Positions 38,503 to 47,694 of a stretch of DNA of 62,182 nucleotides are shown in pieces. Every line of letters starts with the position of its first letter. Positions within the stretch are counted from its first letter, which is position 1. Made by a program: the position numbers and the translations under genes. The stretch is from Clostridia bacterium (lineage in GTDB: Bacteria; Bacillota; Clostridia; Tissierellales; Dethiosulfatibacteraceae), in assembly GCA_011390775.1 (NCBI GenBank), contig JAABRS010000001.1, positions 1-62,182 of the forward strand, written 5' to 3'. The notes beneath the pieces are model-generated. The model saw only the letters and a list, made by a program, of their open reading frames with translations, had not been told where the DNA came from and made no database searches.

Positions 38503-40734
38503 ATGGACATACTATTATTATTTATTTTATTATTTCCAACGATAACAACCACAATTTCATATTTTGTTGGAAAGAGAAATGAATTTTTAAGAAATATTAT
38601 TAATATATCATCTACACTTATTAATTTTATTGTAGTTATATATTTATTTAGATATATAAAAACAGAAAGTATAACTTATCAAGTATCCTATGTGATGGGA
38701 ACAGGATTATATTTAAAGCTTGATGCTTTTAGATATATATTTGTTCTAATCACTAGTTTTATATGGTTTATAGTTAATATTTATTCCAGTCAGTACTTAT
38801 TTGGCTACATACATAGAAACAGATATCACTTTTTCTTTATGGTTACTTATATAAGTACCTTGGGTTTTTTTATATCTGAAAATATAATTAACCTTTTCAC
38901 TTTCTTCGAAATAATGTCTTTTTCATCATATCCATTAATTATACACGATGAAGATGATGAAGCACATGAGGCAGGAGTAACGTACATGGCTATGGCTGTT
39001 GCCGGTGGCATGATACTACTAATGGGTATATTTATACTGTATTCTTATACTCAAGTTTTAAACATTACTCAACTTTCTTATATTTTACCCGGATTAGGAT
39101 ATATTAAATATGTTATAAGCGGTCTTCTTATAATAGGTTTCGGTATCAAAGCAGGTTTGGTACCCCTTCACATGTGGCTTCCAAAAGCTCACCCTGCGGC
39201 TCCTACGCCAGCAAGTGCTATTTTATCAGGTGTTTTAGTAAAGACGGGTATATTCGGAGTTTTAATAACTGTAATTTTTTTAATGAATTATGATTTATAC
39301 CTATCCTATTTGATGGTGATATTTGGATTTACTAATATATTTACAGGAGGTATTTTAGCTTTGTATCCTGTAAATATCAAAAGAACCTTAGCTTACAGTA
39401 CTATGAGTCAAATCGGTTATTTGTTTTTAGGTATTGGCCTAATAGGACTTTTAAAAGATCATGGTTATTTAGCTGTATACGGTACAATGTTTCATATATT
39501 TAACCATGCAGTTTTTAAAGTTATGTTATTTATGGGAGTTGGAATTATTTACATGATTACCCATGAATTAGACATTAATAAACTTTACGGTTTCGGAAGG
39601 TTTAAACCTATTCTAAAAATTACATTTTTTATTGGCTTTTGTGCAATTATAGGTATGCCTGGATTTAACGGTTATTTAAGCAAAACTTTAATCCATCACA
39701 GTTTATCTGAATTTTTAAGTCAATTTTCAAATTTCACTAGAATAAGTATTGAAATTTTATTTACACTTGGAAGTTCTATTACAACAGCTTATTTGCTTAA
39801 ATTATATATAAGTTTATTTGTAGAAGATAACAGTAAATATTATGCTTCTTATAGAAGGTACATAAATAAAAGAGCTCTATTCCCTATGGTAATATCATCA
39901 TTTATTATCATATACGTAGGTATTAATCCTAACGTATTTGAAAATTATTTTTTTAATATTTACAGCATTTTTAATATAGATACTACTACTATTCATAATA
40001 TCCATTTTTATTCATTAGCAAATATGTCTTCTTCTTTTATAACTATAGCATTAGGTGTGTTTATATATTTAAAATATGTATTGCCTAAATTAAGAAGAAA
40101 AAATAAAAACAATGGTCATTTAGACTACTTTAATAAATCTGAAAACTGGATATCTTTAGAAGACAACTTGTATATTCCTGTTTTAAAATTTTTGTTCTTA
40201 ATATCTACCTTTATCCTTAGAATATTTGACAATCTATTAATGAAAACTGCTGCATTTATATCCTACAGCATTAAATATGCAGCCAACATAGAATTTCAAA
40301 GTTATACCAGTCCAATGGAAAAGCTCGAATCTATAACTTACAGCATTTATAGAAGTGTAAAAAATAGGAAGAATAACAAAAAAGAAAAAAACAAAATTTT
40401 CCAAAACTTACAGAACGAATTAAAAGAATCTGTACAGCAAGGTAAAAATAAAACAAAATCTAAGTTTGAAAATTTTGAAAACAGAATAAATGAACATGAA
40501 AATAACTCAAAAGAAAATATAAAGTCAACTATCAAAGATAAATTTAATAATAATGAAAATTTACACATTAAAGAAAAAACCGTCAAAAAAATAAAAGATA
40601 GTGAAAAATACACAACTATAAAGAAAGATTTTGACGAAACTAAATATAGAATGAACAGTATAACATACTCAATTTATATAGTAGGTATAGTAATTGTCGT
40701 AGTACTTCTTGCTTTAATTATATTCAATAGTTAA
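38503..40734 (+). CDS. Mrp antiporter-like subunit, NuoL/MrpA-N-terminal type, with a long hydrophilic C-terminal segment and a terminal TM anchor
   Basis: 'VPLHMWLPKAHPAAPTPASAILSGVLVKTG', 'KRTLAYSTMSQIGYL', 'HAVFKVMLF'. Residues ~610-715 are K/N/E-rich, followed by the TM helix 'IVGIVIVVVLLALIIF'. Confidence 0.8.
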   Translation: MDILLLFILLFPTITTTISYFVGKRNEFLRNIINISSTLINFIVVIYLFRYIKTESITYQVSYVMGTGLYLKLDAFRYIFVLITSFIWFIVNIYSSQYLFGYIHRNRYHFFFMVTYISTLGFFISENIINLFTFFEIMSFSSYPLIIHDEDDEAHEAGVTYMAMAVAGGMILLMGIFILYSYTQVLNITQLSYILPGLGYIKYVISGLLIIGFGIKAGLVPLHMWLPKAHPAAPTPASAILSGVLVKTGIFGVLITVIFLMNYDLYLSYLMVIFGFTNIFTGGILALYPVNIKRTLAYSTMSQIGYLFLGIGLIGLLKDHGYLAVYGTMFHIFNHAVFKVMLFMGVGIIYMITHELDINKLYGFGRFKPILKITFFIGFCAIIGMPGFNGYLSKTLIHHSLSEFLSQFSNFTRISIEILFTLGSSITTAYLLKLYISLFVEDNSKYYASYRRYINKRALFPMVISSFIIIYVGINPNVFENYFFNIYSIFNIDTTTIHNIHFYSLANMSSSFITIALGVFIYLKYVLPKLRRKNKNNGHLDYFNKSENWISLEDNLYIPVLKFLFLISTFILRIFDNLLMKTAAFISYSIKYAANIEFQSYTSPMEKLESITYSIYRSVKNRKNNKKEKNKIFQNLQNELKESVQQGKNKTKSKFENFENRINEHENNSKENIKSTIKDKFNNNENLHIKEKTVKKIKDSEKYTTIKKDFDETKYRMNSITYSIYIVGIVIVVVLLALIIFNS

Positions 40735-40775
40735 AAAAATCCCTTTAGATTGTTAGAAATCTAAAGGGATTTTGT
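40733..40775. terminator. Bidirectional terminator between mrp and the beta-CASP gene
   Basis: AAATCCCTTTAGAT-loop-ATCTAAAGGGATTT, flanked by A-run / T-run. Confidence 0.75.
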
Positions 40776-40783
40776 ATTTATGA

Positions 40784-42472
40784 TTATTTTCCACTTGACA
40801 TTGTTAAATTTACTATACTTTTCTCAAGTTCTATTATTCTATTATTAATCTTATTATATTCTTTCTTTGTTAATTCTTCTTTTAAACTACCGTCTGTAAT
40901 GTCCGTAGTCTTATTAAATAGTTCCTTAAGTTCATTTAGCTTTTCTTTTAATTGATGTACTTTTTCAATCTCAATTAACTCATTTTCTTCTTCAGTTATT
41001 CTTTTTAAGGACTTAAACAGTACTCTTCCATCTTCATGTCCTAAGCTTTTTACTTTTTCTAAAGTAACTTCAAATTCTTCGTCCTTTTTTGGTATTATAG
41101 TATCTATTCCTAATTCTGATTTTATAGTTTCTGCAAAATCTTCTCTGGCATCTTCTTCTCCATGAACTATAAAAGTTTTTTTAGGAGCTGACTTTAATTC
41201 CTTTAACCAGGCTATCAAATCATCTCTATCTCCATGGCCGGAAAATCCTTCAATACTATATATTTTAGCATTTACTTTAATTTCTTCACCAAGAATCTTT
41301 ACTTCTTTTTCACCACTTTTTAATCTCTGTCCTAAAGTTCCATCGGCTTGATATCCTACAAAAACTACTGCAGCATTATTTCTCCAAAGGTTGTGCTTTA
41401 GATGATGTCTTATTCTACCAGCTTCACACATTCCACTTGCAGAAATTATTATTTTTGGTTCTGTTGAAATATTCAAGGCTTTTGACTCATCTACACTTTG
41501 AGTAAAGTGCAGGTTTTTAAAAAATAAAGGATTATCACCTTTCATTATATAACCCCTAGCTTCTTCATCGAAAGCTTGAGGATTTTTGTTGAAAATTTCA
41601 GTTGCTTTCGTAGCAAGAGGACTATCTATAAAAACAGGAATATCTTTAAGTATTTTAGTAGTTTCTGTCTCATGACCATCATAGTATTTATTTAATTCAT
41701 ATATGATATCTTGAGTTCTACCAACCGCAAAGGAAGGAATTACTACTGTACCATTTTTCTTAACTGTATCTACAAGAATATCTACCAGCTTCTCAGTTCT
41801 TTTTTCAACTTCCTCATGTAATCTATTTCCATAAGTTGATTCAATAATTAAATAGTCGCATTCTTCAACTATTTCTGGATTTCTTAGTATAGGTTTATTT
41901 TTCATACCTAAATCGCCGGTAAAGACTAATTTTTCTTCCTGCCCATTTTCTTTAATCCACAGCTCTATTATAGCTGATCCAAGTATATGTCCTGCATCTT
42001 TAAATCTAAGGGTAATATTTTCATCAATTTTAACTTTTTGATTGTATAGTATTGGTTTAAAGTATTTAAGAGACTCTTCTGCATCTTTTGTGTTATATAA
42101 AGGCAGTACTTCTTCTTCACCTTTTCTTAAAGCTTTTCTAGTTTTCCATTCTGCTTCTACTTCATGTATATGAGCACTATCCATAAGCATTATAGAACAT
42201 AGATCGCTAGCAGGTTTAGTTGCATAAATCTTACCTTTAAACCCTTTTTTTACTAATAAAGGTATCCTTCCACTGTGGTCAATATGAGAATGACTTAAAA
42301 ATAAATAATCTATTTCTGTAGGATCAAATTGAAATTCTTCATAATTTAGATCTTCAACTTCTTTTTTGCCTTGAAATAATCCACAGTCTAATAATATTTT
42401 TTTATCCTCAATTTCAATATAATGACATGAGCCAGTTACGGTTCCTGCTGCACCGGTAAATTTTATTTTCAT
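40784..42472 (-). CDS. MBL-fold beta-CASP family ribonuclease-like protein with a C-terminal coiled-coil extension
   Basis: 'GSCHYIE', 'LSHSHIDHSG', 'GHILGSA', 'ESTYG', 'SGHGD', 'VHGE'. I chose the start at MKIKFTGAAG (GGAG upstream); the ORF-track start would overlap prsA. Confidence 0.8.
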   Translation of the reverse strand: MKIKFTGAAGTVTGSCHYIEIEDKKILLDCGLFQGKKEVEDLNYEEFQFDPTEIDYLFLSHSHIDHSGRIPLLVKKGFKGKIYATKPASDLCSIMLMDSAHIHEVEAEWKTRKALRKGEEEVLPLYNTKDAEESLKYFKPILYNQKVKIDENITLRFKDAGHILGSAIIELWIKENGQEEKLVFTGDLGMKNKPILRNPEIVEECDYLIIESTYGNRLHEEVEKRTEKLVDILVDTVKKNGTVVIPSFAVGRTQDIIYELNKYYDGHETETTKILKDIPVFIDSPLATKATEIFNKNPQAFDEEARGYIMKGDNPLFFKNLHFTQSVDESKALNISTEPKIIISASGMCEAGRIRHHLKHNLWRNNAAVVFVGYQADGTLGQRLKSGEKEVKILGEEIKVNAKIYSIEGFSGHGDRDDLIAWLKELKSAPKKTFIVHGEEDAREDFAETIKSELGIDTIIPKKDEEFEVTLEKVKSLGHEDGRVLFKSLKRITEEENELIEIEKVHQLKEKLNELKELFNKTTDITDGSLKEELTKKEYNKINNRIIELEKSIVNLTMSSGK

Positions 42473-42488
42473 GTATGCCACTCCTTTT

Positions 42489-43529
42489 TTATTCTGTAGT
42501 TTCGCTGTCTTCTTCTGAATTGTCAGTATTATCTGATTCTTCAGTATCATCAGAAGGTTCTTCTGTTTCTTGTTCTGTAGATTCTTCTATACCTAAATCT
42601 ATATTATCATAATCTACTATTTTTTCTACATCTGCATTTTCTCTAATTTCTGTCACTCTTTCATTAAATAAATTATTTCTGTACTGTTCCTCAACTGCTT
42701 CTTTATTTTCTTCAAAAGTAGTTTGTTTTTCAGTTACTTTAATTATATGAACTCCAAATTCACTTTCTACAAGTCCACTTAGTTCTCCTATCTCTAAATT
42801 AAAAGCTACTTCTTCAAATTCTGGTATCATCTGCCCTTTTCCGAAGAAACCTAAGTCTCCTCCAGATTGTGCTGAACCATCAATAGAATACTCTTGAGCC
42901 ATCTCTGCAAAATCTTCACCTTCATAAAGCTTCGAAAGAATATCTTGAGCCACCATTGGATCTTCTACTAAAATATGACTTGCTCTTACTTTATCAATTT
43001 CATCTTTATTTTCTTCATAGTAAGTCTCTAAATCTGAATCATCAATTTCTAATTCCTGACTATAATCTTTTAGATATTCGTTGATTAGTTGTTCTTTTCT
43101 TATTGTATTTTTAAGATAATCTTCAGTCATCATATTAGTGTCTAGAAATTTTTGATAATCTTCTTCTGATGGAAATTGCGTTTTATATGCTTCAAATTGA
43201 CTTTCTAAATCTTCATCATTTACTTCAACACCATTTTCTAATGCAACCTGTTCTAAAGCTTTGTCTGTAATCATGTTTTCCAGTACTGATTCTTTTAAAT
43301 ATCTTTCAAAACTTTTATCAGCTTCTATTTCAACATCCCAGATGTCATTTCCATACTGAGCTTCATACATGTTTTTATAGATTTTCAGCTCATTCATATA
43401 AGCTTCCTTGGATATTGATTCTCCATTCACTGTTGCTGCTTCATCACTTTCAGCCTTTTGAATACATCCTGATAGCATTCCTAGGACTAAAGTTAATGCC
43501 AGCATTAAAATTATTTTTTTATTCTTCAT
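42489..43529 (-). CDS. prsA: Peptidyl-prolyl isomerase lipoprotein (PrsA/SurA-N + parvulin), acidic C-terminal tail
   Basis: Lipobox 'LSGC'. PPIC domain 'RASHILV..', 'GGDLGFFGKGQMIPEFEE', 'SEFGVHIIKV'. Confidence 0.75.
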   Translation of the reverse strand: MKNKKIILMLALTLVLGMLSGCIQKAESDEAATVNGESISKEAYMNELKIYKNMYEAQYGNDIWDVEIEADKSFERYLKESVLENMITDKALEQVALENGVEVNDEDLESQFEAYKTQFPSEEDYQKFLDTNMMTEDYLKNTIRKEQLINEYLKDYSQELEIDDSDLETYYEENKDEIDKVRASHILVEDPMVAQDILSKLYEGEDFAEMAQEYSIDGSAQSGGDLGFFGKGQMIPEFEEVAFNLEIGELSGLVESEFGVHIIKVTEKQTTFEENKEAVEEQYRNNLFNERVTEIRENADVEKIVDYDNIDLGIEESTEQETEEPSDDTEESDNTDNSEEDSETTE

Positions 43530-43556
43530 TATTTCCTCCTATTATTTTATGACAAT

Positions 43557-46500
43557 TTACACATTAGTTATTTGATTATATATTTTTTCAAACATATTTT
43601 CAAGGTTGTCTAATATGCTTTTATCTTCTTCTTTTATTTTGTATATAAGTTTATAATCTTTTGTTACTTTTTCAATATTGTTTTTATAGTCTCTTAACAT
43701 AACACCAAGGGTTTGATTTATTAATTCATCCTCTTCTCTGAATTCAATGAAAATTCTGTTATTTTTTTGTTTAATTTCCTTAATTCCTAATTTTTTCGAA
43801 TATATTTTTACGGTAGATAATTTTAGTAAGTTATTAACTTCCAAAGGTATTTCTCCGTACCTATCTATTATCTCATCAGAAACATCAAATATGTCATCTC
43901 TTTCTTCAACAGCAGAAATTTTCTTGTATATTTCAATTTTTTGTTCTTCATCTTCTATATATGTCTTTGGAATATAAGCATTTATGTCAAGATCAATTGT
44001 TACCGTAGTATCTTCATGACTTTCTTTTTTGATTCCTTTTACCTGCTTAACGGTTCTTTCCAGCATTTTAACAAATAAATCATAACCTATAGCTGCCATG
44101 TGTCCGTGCTGTTGTGAACCTAGTAAATTCCCTGCACCTCTTAGTTCTAAATCCCTCATAGCAATTTTGAATCCCGATCCAAACTCTGTAAACTCTTTTA
44201 CTGCTTTTAGTCTTTTTTCAGCTATTTCTGAGAGGACCTTATCCCTTTCATAAGTCAAATATGCAAAAGATGTTCTATTGCTTCTCCCTATTCTACCTCT
44301 AAGTTGATACAACTGTGACAAACCGAATTTATCAGCTTCATCTATTATCATAGTATTAACATTTTTTATATCCATTCCTGTTTCTATAATAGTTGTACAT
44401 ATTAAAATATCATATTTGTTATTGATAAAATCAATCATAATATTTTCAAGTTCGTGTTCATTCATCTGCCCATGAGCTACTGCTATTTTAGCATCGGGAA
44501 CTAAAGCTTGTATTTTTGCTGCTTTTTCCTGTATGTCGTGAACTCTATTGTGAACATAATATACCTGTCCTCCTCTAGATAATTCCTTCGTTAAAGCCTC
44601 TCTTATGAATCCGGGGTTACTTTCAATGACAAATGTTTGTATTGGTAATCTCTCTCCCGGTGGTTCTTCAATTACAGACATATCCCTTATTCCTATCAAA
44701 GACATATGAAGGGTTCTAGGAATAGGTGTAGCAGTTAAAGTAAGTACATCCACATTCGTTTTTATTTCTTTTATCTTTTCTTTATGTTTCACCCCAAACC
44801 TTTGCTCTTCATCTACCACCAGCAATCCCAAATCTTTGTATTTTACGTCTCTTGATAATAATCTATGAGTTCCTATAACAACATCTACAAGTCCGGTTTT
44901 TAATTTTTTCAATATGTCTTTTTGCTGTTTTTTTGTTCTAAATCTACTTAACATTTCAATAGTTATAGGGTAATTTCTGAATCTTTCAATCATATTCGAG
45001 TAATGCTGTTGAGCCAATATAGTTGTAGGAACAAGTACTGCAGCTTGTTTTCCATCAAAAACAGCTTTAAATATACTTCTAATAGCAACTTCTGTTTTAC
45101 CAAAACCTACATCTCCACATAAAAGTCTGTCCATAGGTATAGAAGTTTCCATATCATCTTTAATTTCCTCAACACATCTAAGTTGATCTTCTGTTTCTTC
45201 ATATGGAAATTCTTCTTCAAATTCTTTTTGCCATTGGCTGTCTTCTGAAAAAGTATAACCCTCTACTGAATTCCTTTTAGCATAAAGCTCTAACAACTCT
45301 TCTGTCATATCTTCTATTGCTTTTTGAACTTTATCTTTCCTTTTCTGCCATTCATTCCCACCCATTTTATTAATTTTCGGTTTTTCTGAATCTGAACCAA
45401 TATACTTCTGCACAAGATCCATCTGATCAACGGGAACGAAAAGTCTATCGTTATTTTTATACTCAATAGTAAGGTAATCTTTAGTAATTTCCTTTACTTC
45501 TATTTTTTCAATACCTACATACTTGCCAATTCCGTGATATTCATGTACTACATAGTCCCCATTATTCAAATCTGTAAAGGTTTCTATCTTTGATCCTTTA
45601 GATTTTCTTTTTTTTGACTTTTTCTTTTTTATTCGTCCAAATATTTCTTTTTCTGTAAGTAGTATAAATTTTGCCTTGGACAGTTCAAACCCTTTTTCTA
45701 TATATCCTTTTGTTATCAGAGCATGAGAAGTAATAACCTTTGTATCTCCTTTCCCAGAGACACCAATTTTGCAATCTAAGGTTTTTAAATCATCAAAAAG
45801 TTTAATACCTTTCTCTAAAGAAGAAATATTTATTACTATTCTAAAACCCTTTTTTTTGTAGTTTTCTATATCTTCAGCTAACTCTACCAGATTACCATAA
45901 TAAGACCTTACTTCTTTACTTTCAAAGTTGATTTTTGTATTATCCGTAAAGTCTTTATTATTCTTTAATATAGAATTATATACTATGTATCTTAAATTTT
46001 TCTTAATAAAGCTCAATACATTTGTATAATTAATGAAAATATTTCTATGTTTTGTGAATACCTTGCCTTTTTCGTATAAATCTATATATTTTTCGTTAAA
46101 TTCCAACTCTCTTATTTTATCTTCTTCACCTATTCTATTTGGCTCGTCAAATAAAATTACCGTATCATCTTCAAAATAGTCAAGAAAATTCGAATATTCT
46201 AATGGAGTATAAGGTGAAAAGAACTCCGCATTATCTATATAATCTCTATTATCTAAAGATTCTATCATACCATTATAAAGATTATTTAAATTTTCTTCTA
46301 GTTCTCTATTAGTTACTTTTTTTAGGCTTAAATTATAATCTTTCTCAATATTTTCTTTGGTTTTTTTTATTTCATCATCTTTTAATAGTATTTCACAACA
46401 GGGTATTAAAAGACATTCATCAATATTTTCGATAGACCTTTGGCTTTTATAGTCAAAGGACCTTATGGAATCTATCTCATCTCCGAAAAGTTCAATTCTA

Positions 46501-47072
46501 TAAGGATTATCTTGCCAAGGGGAAAATACATCAATTATCCCTCCCCTAACTGAAAATTGTCCTTTACCTTCAACCTGAGATACTCTTTTATATCCCATTA
46601 TAACTAGTTTTTCTGATAAATTTTCAGTGTTAACAAGAGTGTCAAAATTAATTTTTAAAGAAAAGCTCTTAAATCTATCTTTTTTCATTACCCTGTCTGT
46701 AACGGCATTTTGTGAAGCAACAAAAATAGCACTACTATCTTTCACAGCCTGTTCCATAACGTTAATTCGACTGTACATGTCATCTCTACTAAGTGCTTCT
46801 ATACCGTATAATATAAATTGTTTGCTTTTTAAGTGATAACTATCATTCGTATAGTTATTAATCTTCCTATTTATTCTATTTCCTCTTATATCATCATAAG
46901 TAACTATCAAAACTTTTTTATCAACTTTTTCTCTTATATAAGCAGATAAGAAAGCCATTGCATCTTCACTTAACCCGTAAACAATAGGATTAATTCCATT
47001 ATTTATGGAATCAATAATTTCTATTAAGTTTTTGTTTTTCTCTAAAGTTTTTAAATAAATATCTTTCATCAT
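43557..47072 (-). CDS. mfd: Transcription-repair coupling factor
   Basis: 1171 aa. CarD-like 'GDYVVHEYHGIGKY', Walker A 'GDVGFGKTEVA', 'VVDEEQRFGV', and a TRG-containing helicase C-terminus. Confidence 0.95.
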   Translation of the reverse strand: MMKDIYLKTLEKNKNLIEIIDSINNGINPIVYGLSEDAMAFLSAYIREKVDKKVLIVTYDDIRGNRINRKINNYTNDSYHLKSKQFILYGIEALSRDDMYSRINVMEQAVKDSSAIFVASQNAVTDRVMKKDRFKSFSLKINFDTLVNTENLSEKLVIMGYKRVSQVEGKGQFSVRGGIIDVFSPWQDNPYRIELFGDEIDSIRSFDYKSQRSIENIDECLLIPCCEILLKDDEIKKTKENIEKDYNLSLKKVTNRELEENLNNLYNGMIESLDNRDYIDNAEFFSPYTPLEYSNFLDYFEDDTVILFDEPNRIGEEDKIRELEFNEKYIDLYEKGKVFTKHRNIFINYTNVLSFIKKNLRYIVYNSILKNNKDFTDNTKINFESKEVRSYYGNLVELAEDIENYKKKGFRIVINISSLEKGIKLFDDLKTLDCKIGVSGKGDTKVITSHALITKGYIEKGFELSKAKFILLTEKEIFGRIKKKKSKKRKSKGSKIETFTDLNNGDYVVHEYHGIGKYVGIEKIEVKEITKDYLTIEYKNNDRLFVPVDQMDLVQKYIGSDSEKPKINKMGGNEWQKRKDKVQKAIEDMTEELLELYAKRNSVEGYTFSEDSQWQKEFEEEFPYEETEDQLRCVEEIKDDMETSIPMDRLLCGDVGFGKTEVAIRSIFKAVFDGKQAAVLVPTTILAQQHYSNMIERFRNYPITIEMLSRFRTKKQQKDILKKLKTGLVDVVIGTHRLLSRDVKYKDLGLLVVDEEQRFGVKHKEKIKEIKTNVDVLTLTATPIPRTLHMSLIGIRDMSVIEEPPGERLPIQTFVIESNPGFIREALTKELSRGGQVYYVHNRVHDIQEKAAKIQALVPDAKIAVAHGQMNEHELENIMIDFINNKYDILICTTIIETGMDIKNVNTMIIDEADKFGLSQLYQLRGRIGRSNRTSFAYLTYERDKVLSEIAEKRLKAVKEFTEFGSGFKIAMRDLELRGAGNLLGSQQHGHMAAIGYDLFVKMLERTVKQVKGIKKESHEDTTVTIDLDINAYIPKTYIEDEEQKIEIYKKISAVEERDDIFDVSDEIIDRYGEIPLEVNNLLKLSTVKIYSKKLGIKEIKQKNNRIFIEFREEDELINQTLGVMLRDYKNNIEKVTKDYKLIYKIKEEDKSILDNLENMFEKIYNQITNV

Positions 47073-47090
47073 TTCACCTGTAACCTGCTA

Positions 47091-47118
47091 ATGCTCGGGT
47101 AAAATTTTACCCGAGCAT
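47091..47118 (-). other. Perfect 14-bp-stem hairpin between pth and mfd, with no U-tract
   Basis: ATGCTCGGGTAAAA/TTTTACCCGAGCAT perfect palindrome; unusually GC-rich for this genome. Confidence 0.6.
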
Positions 47119-47121
47119 GTA

Positions 47122-47682
47122 TTATCTTATATTGAACTCATTCATTGCCTTATCTATGTCTTTTTTTATTATTTCTTCAGCTGAATCTCCAGCTTTCTCA
47201 ATTATTTCCTTTATAATTTCTCTTTCATCATCAGGAAATTTTTGAAGTACATAAGAAGCTAAATCCATTCTATCATCTTTTCCAACGCCAATCCTTATTC
47301 TTGGGAAAGTATCTACTCCCATTTGATATATTACAGATTTCATCCCATTATGAGATCCTGCACTACCATTAGGTCTTATTCTTAATTTTCCTAATTCTAA
47401 ATCTACATCATCGTAAACGACAATTATATTGTCAGTTGGTACCTTATAAAAGTTCTTTAGATCAACAACTGCAAATCCACTTCTATTCATGTAAGTAGTT
47501 GGTTTAACCAGTAAAACCTTCTCCCCCTCAATTCTATACTCTCCATATACAGAGTTGAATTTAGCTTTATTCAGGTCAACTTTGTTTTTGTAGGCAAGAT
47601 AGTCAATTGTATCAAATCCAACGTTATGCCTCGTACCAGCATATTTTCTTCCAATATTTCCCAAGCCGATTATTAAATGCAT
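47122..47682 (-). CDS. pth: Peptidyl-tRNA hydrolase
   Basis: 'GLGNIGRKYAGTRHNVGF', 'KPTTYMNRSG', 'GSAGSHNGMKS'. Confidence 0.95.
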   Translation of the reverse strand: MHLIIGLGNIGRKYAGTRHNVGFDTIDYLAYKNKVDLNKAKFNSVYGEYRIEGEKVLLVKPTTYMNRSGFAVVDLKNFYKVPTDNIIVVYDDVDLELGKLRIRPNGSAGSHNGMKSVIYQMGVDTFPRIRIGVGKDDRMDLASYVLQKFPDDEREIIKEIIEKAGDSAEEIIKKDIDKAMNEFNIR

Positions 47683-47694
47683 ACATTCACCTCA

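Noticed and set aside
40330-40650. Possible tandem DNA repeat or minisatellite in the A-rich stretch at the end of the mrp cluster.
   Set aside because: I could find no exact repeating unit. It is an in-frame K/N/E-rich coding region of the 743-aa subunit.
42473-42550. N-terminal 26-aa extension of the beta-CASP ORF overlapping prsA. Similar ORF-track extensions occur at 34447-34503, 6544-6576, 20028-20063, 22015-22029 and 55888-55917.
   Set aside because: In each case an internal Met preceded by a good GGAGG-type RBS matches the conserved N-terminus of the family. The longer versions add non-conserved residues and overlap neighbouring genes.
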